Virus record (IMG/VR): IMGVR_UViG_3300045988_176106 | Direction: 5' to 3' (one strand) | DNA from: a virus | Length of the DNA stretch: 64,000 bases | Part shown: in pieces, positions 58,240-64,000 of the stretch | Layout of the letters: each line of letters opens with the position of its first letter | Numbering within the stretch: the first letter of the stretch is position 1 | Notes under the pieces: model-generated | Told to the model about the DNA's origin: nothing | The model's database searches: none | What the model saw: the letters and a program-made list of their open reading frames with translations, nothing else | Position numbers and translations under genes: made by a program

Positions 58240-58696
58240 ACCTACAGCTTTTCTTAGTTTATCTGCTTCTATCTCTGTGAATCCGCACATATCCATTGAT
58301 AAACGGAGGAAACCTTCCTGAAAAATCAATTCGTTATGTGCATTTTCAAAAATATAATTATATTTTGGGAATATAAAGTCAGTCTTAGGGATTTCTCCAC
58401 TGATCTTACCAATTATACGTTCGACCAAGCCATGTATACCCATTGGCCCAGGCCGCCATGTACTAACACATACTGCTATATCATGTATTGTTTTAGGTTT
58501 ACACTTATTAATAAAAGAAGACATACCAGATTCTTCAAATTGGAATATGCCATAATTACGCCTATCCCACATAATCTTATATGCTTTTTCATCATCCATT
58601 GGTAATGTATACCAATCTATATCAATACCATGTCTATCTTTAATAAGCTTCTTAGCATACTCAAGTACGCCAAGCGTTTTTAAACCTAATATATCT
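58240..58696 (-). CDS. dnaE: DnaE-type polymerase exon 3
   Basis: Begins (L)DILGLKTLGVLEYA and contains GIFQFEESGM and STWRPGPMG (DnaE finger motifs). Ends ...EADKLRKAVG. Confidence 0.9.
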
Positions 58697-58966
58697 CAAA
58701 AAAATTCTATATATCAAATATATAGTGTTAAGTTTTTTATCTTAACAGTCCAGACTTCTTTTAATCTGGTTCGGCATATTTTTTCAACCGTTCTGGTTGC
58801 ACCGGCCTCGTGGGTAGATTATATTCTGATTAACAGTTTCACCACCTATGCTCTGCGCCTGACTATTGCTTTAAAATAGCCTTCGGACTCGAGTTAGCAT
58901 CACAGCCTTCTCGCTTAATTCCGGTGTAATAATAACCAATATTCCTATTGGAAACGCCAGATTCCT
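58697..58966 (-). mobile_element. ORF-less intron 2 (group I-type), 270 nt
   Basis: Splits a Leu codon (CT|A). The 5' exon ends in T and the intron ends ...TTTTTTTG. The junction restores GIVKLDILGL. Structured and GC-richer than the exons. Confidence 0.75.
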
Positions 58967-59922
58967 AGCTTAACAATACCAGCATATTCTTCAATTTTGT
59001 TCCCTTCCCATTGGGTAACAGTTTTACCTTTACTATCCCATAATGGAACATCTTCCCATAATGGTCTATCGGATAACGCTACTCCACAATTATGTACTGC
59101 AATACCATTAGCAACATATGAAGAATCATCTAAAACAGTAAGATTATATACATTAACTGTTTCATCATTCGATTCATTGTAATAATTAGACTGTTTCCAT
59201 ACATCAAGAACTAATCTTGTGGAAAGGCCTTTCCCTCCGGTATGTGAACTAACAACACCATAATGGCGACTTACATTTCCTGCTTTTACCCACCTACATT
59301 TACCAATATATAATCCATCTTCATCTGGCTCATCACTAAGACTGTCAAGTATAAGAATAGGATGATCAAGTGTACATTTTACAAATGAAAAATCATCATA
59401 ATTAGTTTGTTGATAGGCTAGATGAACAAGATTACTCTTTTTAGATTCATTTACTTGAGTATCTACTACAGGTTTCCAATTTAATGAAGCTGTTAAAGCT
59501 AAATATCCAACCTTAACATCTTCGATGTTCATATACTCAGGTTCAGAATCTTCAGCTCTTTTTATAGTAACTTTGGTTCCTGCAACGAAGCAAGCATGCA
59601 ATCCGGTACTTGAAATACAGTCTTGTAGCTTAATAGCATCATCCCAGATTTCTTTAATTTCTGGATCAGAATTATAAAGTTTCTTTATATCAGAATTTTC
59701 TTCTAATAAAACTTCTAATCTGGGACAATTTATATCAGGCATAAGATTAGAAATCTTATTTGCCTTTTCAAATGACATACCATGAATGCGGGCAGCCGAT
59801 TTAAATACTTGTTTACCAGCGGTATAAGTAATAGTACCCAAATGAGCAAATCCATCACCGTATTTTGCTTTTAAATAATCAAATACCTTTTGACGTTTAT
59901 CATTACTGAAGTCACTATCGAT
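58967..59922 (-). CDS. dnaE: DnaE-type polymerase exon 2 (includes intein)
   Basis: Begins IDSDFSNDKRQKVFDYLKAKYGDGFAHLGTITYTAG. Contains STGLHA-[intein]-CGVALSDRPLWEDVPLW. Ends EEYAGIVK(L). Confidence 0.9.
59089..59592 (-). mobile_element. mini-intein (168 aa, no endonuclease domain) in the DnaE HAxGV motif
   Basis: Starts CFVAGTKVTI (block A), has an internal CTLDHPI (block B TxxH), and ends NGIAVHN with a +1 Cys (CGVALS). Removing it restores GLHA-CGVALS, matching the bacterial KHAGGVVI motif. Confidence 0.85.
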
Positions 59923-61023
59923 CCTTTATGTTCAGTATGGGTCGCTAATTCCATACCCGGGAATAACCCAGCTGCATATTACTATGCAGAGCAGACTATA
60001 TCTTCACCATATTAAAATTAACTTAGGTGCTGTGCGCTTGGAGCCGCTTGGCTCTACTTCCAAAGGAATAGTCGTTACACGTTCAATATATAAAATATCG
60101 CTTCGCTCGGTATTGTCCATGTAGGAGTTCCACCGAATTCACACAGTTTTCATTTACTCTTTTCAGAATAAAGGGACTTTAAATCAACAAATCTATTATA
60201 TTTTCTATCTAAAAATATAGTTGAATCATTATATAGATAATTCATAATATTGAAAACCTGAATGTTCCCACCAATATCTATATCATAATTATCATTATTC
60301 CTGTCCTTATGTCTTTTATTAAGGGTTTTATGTTCAAACCCTATATATTTAAGGACAGAATTTAAAAAAGAAGAAGTTCCGCATAGCCTAAATCTATAAG
60401 TATATCCATTTTTTGCTTTATGTTTAGATAATGACCCATCGCCATCAAAATACCCACGTATAAAATGACGAACAAGATTCTCATCTATATTTGGAAAAAC
60501 TAATTTAAAAGTCTTGTTTTCTAAACATCCATGACTTATCAGATCATTCTTAAGTTTATTACTATAAATAATTACCCTAGCATACTCTCTATTAATATTA
60601 TTAGTGTACCTAGATATTTTATTATTAGCATTAAGACTTGCTAAAAATTTCTCAAGATGATTGATATCTTCAGTTGAAAGCGACAGTCCTATAGCATCTC
60701 TATCTGAAAGTATATATCCATCTGCATACATAAACCCAAGCCAATATGCTTTTTCTTCAGTATCTATAATATTGAAAAAATTATCATTACATTTATATTT
60801 TTTAGAATTTATAGAATTACTTCTTCTTTTTATATTTTTAGATTCAAGAACCGAATATACAGTATATAAACTTATGTCAAGTTCTTTTGAAATTTTGCAT
60901 CCAGAGATTTTATCATCTGTATACATTTTTACAATTTTATCTTCAATTTCCATATATACACCTTTCAAAAAAATTGATGTATACATATAGTAATTTATAA
61001 TTTAAGATTTGTCAATAATATTA
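59923..61023 (-). mobile_element. group I intron 1 (1101 nt) carrying a LAGLIDADG homing endonuclease ORF
   Basis: The 5' exon ends ...CCGGAT (U) and the intron ends ...AAAGG (G). The junction restores FPD|IDSDF. The minus strand carries AACGACUAUUCC (R-like) and GAAGAUAUAGUC (S-like) elements that can pair as P7. Confidence 0.85.
60150..60986 (-). CDS. intron-encoded double-motif LAGLIDADG homing endonuclease with N-terminal HTH-like region
   Basis: Motifs WLGFMYADGYI and FIRGYFDGDGSL. The N terminus ISKELDISLYTVYSVLESKNIKRR is HTH-like. The start may be the Met at 60953. Confidence 0.85.
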   Translation of the reverse strand: MYTSIFLKGVYMEIEDKIVKMYTDDKISGCKISKELDISLYTVYSVLESKNIKRRSNSINSKKYKCNDNFFNIIDTEEKAYWLGFMYADGYILSDRDAIGLSLSTEDINHLEKFLASLNANNKISRYTNNINREYARVIIYSNKLKNDLISHGCLENKTFKLVFPNIDENLVRHFIRGYFDGDGSLSKHKAKNGYTYRFRLCGTSSFLNSVLKYIGFEHKTLNKRHKDRNNDNYDIDIGGNIQVFNIMNYLYNDSTIFLDRKYNRFVDLKSLYSEKSK

Positions 61024-61278
61024 ATCCGGGAAGCCACCACCAACAGTATCAATACGTTTATGTGGCTCGATAGTTGTCATACCCAGTAAATATAAAATAT
61101 TACTACTATTTGGATTATCAAGGTCTTTAATACCAGCATTGTAAAGATTTAAAAAATAAGAATCAATATGATGGAGCTCACAATGATTAAGCTCAAACAT
61201 GATATTCTTCTTATTATGCAAAAACCACTCCTCTTGGGAGTGGCTTAATACTAATTCTCTTAAAGTTTTATATTTCAT
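61024..61278 (-). CDS. dnaE: DnaE-type polymerase exon 1 (palm N-terminal part; no PHP domain)
   Basis: 85 codons ending ...TVGGGFPD. ELNHCELHHIDSYFLNLYN and NSSNILYLLGMTTIEP are colinear with the E. coli DnaE region just before PDFDVDF. Confidence 0.8.
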
Positions 61279-61289
61279 TTTATCTTACT

Positions 61290-61553
61290 TTAGAATAACT
61301 CAAGTTGAGGATTTTCATATGCCCATCCCCATACTTCAAATTCAGTATCAGATACCATTTCAATAGTGAACTTTTTATTTTTAAGAATAGAGATAATTTT
61401 GTCAACAATATGTGGCTCATATGATTCCAATTTAAATACATGAGAATCTTTACCTTTGCTTGCTGCATCAAATATAGCATCCCAAATAGGTTTCATTATA
61501 TTATTTAAACCTTCTTGGTACAATGCATTTGCTTTATCTAATTCTTGATTCAT
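61290..61553 (-). CDS. hypothetical protein
   Basis: 87-aa ORF. An alternative-frame ORF (61280..61480) is less likely. Confidence 0.55.
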   Translation of the reverse strand: MNQELDKANALYQEGLNNIMKPIWDAIFDAASKGKDSHVFKLESYEPHIVDKIISILKNKKFTIEMVSDTEFEVWGWAYENPQLELF

Positions 61554-61564
61554 ATTAATTCTTT

Positions 61565-62173
61565 CTAAGTAAGTTTAAAAGTTTTTTCCCAATAATACAT
61601 TAAAGGTTTAGAGCAATATTTAATATAGTCTAATGCACTAATATTTTTAGGTAGTAGGTCTACAATAGCACATATTGCAGGTCCTTCTATATAAGCAGAG
61701 TGCTTTAATGTACAATCAAAAATAAAAGGTTCGCCATCATTATATTTTTTTATTGTCTCTTCCGAGTCAGAAGAATCTTTTTTATAAATGGTAATTTCTG
61801 GCGGATTAGTATAACGAATAGGAATAAATATTCTTATTCTACGATCATCAAAATTATGATCATCTACATGTGGATCTACATTACAATCTTCAAAAAGATT
61901 AAATTCAATAGAGGCTATTTTATATCCTTCTAAAGCTAATATTCTATTAAATGAATTTACACCCTTTAAAAGATCATAATAACCATTAAATCCAGTCCTG
62001 TATAATGCTTCCGTATTGATTATATCAATACCATATACTACAGCACTACGCCAAATGCCACTATACGTATCCATTGTATTATCAAAACTTACATCTTTAT
62101 ACGTTTCTGCAGTTTTATGAAAATAATTTGATATAGTGGTTTTAAGCTCGTTTATTCTCTTTGGGAATATCAT
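61565..62173 (-). CDS. aspartyl/asparaginyl beta-hydroxylase-like cupin (2OG/Fe(II) oxygenase fold)
   Basis: 202 aa. VDPHVDDHNFDDRRIRIFIPI...GEPFIFDCTLKHSAYIEG matches the AspH-family HxD...R...FD....H pattern. Confidence 0.55.
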   Translation of the reverse strand: MIFPKRINELKTTISNYFHKTAETYKDVSFDNTMDTYSGIWRSAVVYGIDIINTEALYRTGFNGYYDLLKGVNSFNRILALEGYKIASIEFNLFEDCNVDPHVDDHNFDDRRIRIFIPIRYTNPPEITIYKKDSSDSEETIKKYNDGEPFIFDCTLKHSAYIEGPAICAIVDLLPKNISALDYIKYCSKPLMYYWEKTFKLT

Positions 62174-62732
62174 CTATATATCTTTCTTTGTAATATTTAT
62201 AAATAATCCCTAAATCATTAATGGATAATCCATCTTTGTATATATCCATTATTAGGTAGTATCCATCATTCTCTTCTTGAATAAGAGAATGTGGCTCCAT
62301 AGGTTTAAATATAGAAAACTGATACATTTGATCAAGTCTATGCTCATGATCTGTATTAAACAAACATTTTCCATCAGACATAGACATTATGATTCTAAAA
62401 TCAATGTATTCATTTACTTTTTCAGAATCAGAATGCTCACCAACAATAGATCCTTCTGAAAATTTATTTATCCATGCAAACCCAATTTCATTATCATATA
62501 GCACATTATCTATACCATACAAATTATTATTCCATGAAAAAGGATATACAGGGAAAGCAGACCATTTTGACTTAGAAAAACATATATGATCTATTGCATC
62601 TACGTTTTTCTTAATAATCAATCCATTGCTATCATCATCAATAATCTTTTTACAAAAAGAATTTTCATGCATCCACTTTATGATGTTTTGAATTCTATTT
62701 TTTAGGTTTTCTGCACCCATAAAATATACCAT
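62142..62732 (-). CDS. second AspH-like cupin hydroxylase paralog
   Basis: 196 aa (start uncertain: 62732, 62720 or 62672). IVGEHSDSEKVNEYIDFRIIMSM...MEPHSLIQEENDGYYLIMD shows the same pattern. Confidence 0.45.
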   Translation of the reverse strand: MVYFMGAENLKNRIQNIIKWMHENSFCKKIIDDDSNGLIIKKNVDAIDHICFSKSKWSAFPVYPFSWNNNLYGIDNVLYDNEIGFAWINKFSEGSIVGEHSDSEKVNEYIDFRIIMSMSDGKCLFNTDHEHRLDQMYQFSIFKPMEPHSLIQEENDGYYLIMDIYKDGLSINDLGIIYKYYKERYIDDIPKENKRA

Positions 62733-63363
62733 AATCTTTCCAAGATTTAAAATATCTTTTATTTATAATAACATCATCCCAGTCAAGAGATACGATTGAG
62801 CCGTTAATTATAAAATCAATGTAACTTAATCCACCATATCCTATCATTATACCTTCTGGGCGCAATATATTATAAAGTCCAGAAGCATATTCATTATATG
62901 GATCAGCAGCAAGATCATCTACAAGATCAACAACTATCAAATCAAATGTCTGAGTATTTTCTTTTAGAAAATCTTGAATTTTGACTTCATTAATATTCAG
63001 AAATGATTTATTTTCATAGCAGTGTTTTTGCTCACTATAAATCCTTTCAGGAATATTATCCTTATTTTCCTCAAGTAACTCAAAATATTTAGAAACTCCA
63101 GGGTCAACAAGCGTTATTCTATTCTCATTTGATAAGAATGTTTTGCTGCTAAGCAATTGGAAATCTCCACCACCAACAACAAGTATATTTAAAAATTCTT
63201 GAGGGGCTTTACCAGGAGGAAACATAGAATTAAACACTCTCTGAAACATTAAGGAATATGTATAATATTCTCTAGATGCACTCCATTGAATCGCTCCATC
63301 TATATAAAATCCAGGAGAAGATATATCAGTTTTAAATTCTGGTACCATATTATCTATCATCAA
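62695..63363 (-). CDS. spermidine-synthase-like class I SAM-dependent transferase
   Basis: 222 aa. ILVVGGGDFQLL, ITLVDPGV and FDLIVVDLVDDLAADPYNEYASGLYNILRPEGIMI are colinear with the SpeE GGGDGG / veiD / D.sdP motifs but divergent. The start may be the ATG at 63348. Confidence 0.5.
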   Translation of the reverse strand: MMIDNMVPEFKTDISSPGFYIDGAIQWSASREYYTYSLMFQRVFNSMFPPGKAPQEFLNILVVGGGDFQLLSSKTFLSNENRITLVDPGVSKYFELLEENKDNIPERIYSEQKHCYENKSFLNINEVKIQDFLKENTQTFDLIVVDLVDDLAADPYNEYASGLYNILRPEGIMIGYGGLSYIDFIINGSIVSLDWDDVIINKRYFKSWKDYGIFYGCRKPKK

Positions 63364-63913
63364 AACAGAAAGTAAAATCTTTAGTTAAATCTGTTATATT
63401 ATATTTATTTATAACAGCATCAACCTTTTCTTTTGTATAGTTAGTTTCACCAACTACAATACGATATTCATCAGTTATTTTAAATTCTTTTAATTCTGGA
63501 ATAACAGACTGAACAACAGAGACAATTAATTTATTCCATGTATTGTATTCAAAGAATCTATAATTATTTGATATTAGAGTGCCTCTAATTGCTATAGCTC
63601 TAATTATTTTTAATATAGCCATCTTGCATGCATGTCTATGCATAAATGCAATGCCACCTATAGCTGAATTAGTTTCATCTATATCTTGACTAAAAAATCC
63701 TACATCTTTATATCCTGTATTAACTATATATAAATCTTGAGGAAGCTTAGGATTAACATAAGTCTGCACAGTTCTTAAATCTCTTTTTCCTGGGAATACA
63801 TCAGTAATCCAGTCATCAAAATCCATTTGATAATCATTAATCTGATAATCTTTGTTTATACATTCAATCATAAACTCAACATCAGATTCAGTAGCTTTTC
63901 TAATAGAAATCAT
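63350..63913 (-). CDS. hypothetical protein, weak GNAT-like N terminus
   Basis: 187 aa. ISIRKATESDVEFMIECINKD resembles a GNAT beta1-alpha1, but no clear acetyl-CoA motif. Confidence 0.3.
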   Translation of the reverse strand: MISIRKATESDVEFMIECINKDYQINDYQMDFDDWITDVFPGKRDLRTVQTYVNPKLPQDLYIVNTGYKDVGFFSQDIDETNSAIGGIAFMHRHACKMAILKIIRAIAIRGTLISNNYRFFEYNTWNKLIVSVVQSVIPELKEFKITDEYRIVVGETNYTKEKVDAVINKYNITDLTKDFTFCFDDR

Positions 63914-63999
63914 ATTTTAAGTCTTTCAAATATTTTAGGTAGATTATATATATATTTGTCTATAAATGGACTTATAGTTTTATCTCCAACATCAATTGC
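63910..63999 (-). CDS. 3' end of an upstream minus-strand gene (partial)
   Basis: Open frame ...AIDVGDKTISPFIDKYIYNLPKIFERLKI* whose TGA overlaps the ATG at 63913 (ATGA). Truncated by the window edge. Confidence 0.4.
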   Translation of the reverse strand, partial: AIDVGDKTISPFIDKYIYNLPKIFERLKI

Positions 64000-64000
64000 C

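Noticed and set aside
58049-58605. Plus-strand ORFs 58049-58321 and 58336-58605 overlapping intron 3 and exon 3. Similar plus-strand ORFs occur at 56217-56480, 56685-56945, 57153-57443 and 60661-60990.
   Set aside because: They are antisense to dnaE exons, an intron or the endonuclease gene, with no motifs and low-complexity translations.
58945-58966. C-terminal tail GIWRFQ* of the ORF-track ORF 58945..59841
   Set aside because: It is read-through into intron 2. Removing it and joining to 58696 restores the conserved DnaE GxxKxDxLGL motif.
61280-61480. Alternative-frame 66-aa minus ORF overlapping ORF 61290-61553
   Set aside because: It is the shorter, Leu/Lys-rich, overlapping frame. The 87-aa frame has more balanced composition and better gene packing.
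1-64000. CRISPR arrays, rRNA and tRNA genes
   Set aside because: I noticed no regularly spaced direct repeats, rRNA-like segments or cloverleaf candidates in the few intergenic regions. The check was by eye only, so a tRNA scan is still advisable.

Overview
AT-rich tailed-phage genome segment built as two convergent arms that meet at a bidirectional hairpin terminator near 42.25 kb. The plus strand (1-42244) is the late/virion module. It holds three giant virion proteins (1274, 1664 and 2018 aa; the last carries M23 peptidase and lysozyme-like domains) and a gp25/W-like plus baseplate-J-like block. A long run of N/I/K/Y-rich baseplate/fibre proteins follows, including a 1351-aa repeat-rich fibre. 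Next comes a visibly GC-richer receptor-binding island (heptad coiled-coil fibre, beta-helix depolymerase-like spike, three LamG-like modules), then spanins and a GH19 endolysin. The minus strand (42285-64000) is the DNA-metabolism module: ATP-dependent ligase, YqeY-like protein, dNMP kinase, NrdA/glutaredoxin/NrdB, a DUF559/Vsr-like endonuclease, primase-helicase and two Cas4-like nucleases. The most unusual locus is a DnaE-type polymerase gene that lacks a PHP domain. It is split into four exons by three group-I-type introns (one carrying a LAGLIDADG endonuclease) and also hosts a mini-intein. Upstream of it lie two AspH-like cupin hydroxylases, a spermidine-synthase-like transferase and a weak GNAT-like protein. 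A structured roughly 200-nt element between the DUF559 endonuclease and nrdB shares ordered strings with the 3' end of dnaE intron 1. I saw no rRNA, tRNA or CRISPR array. All calls come from reading the sequence and ORF translations; no database search was run.
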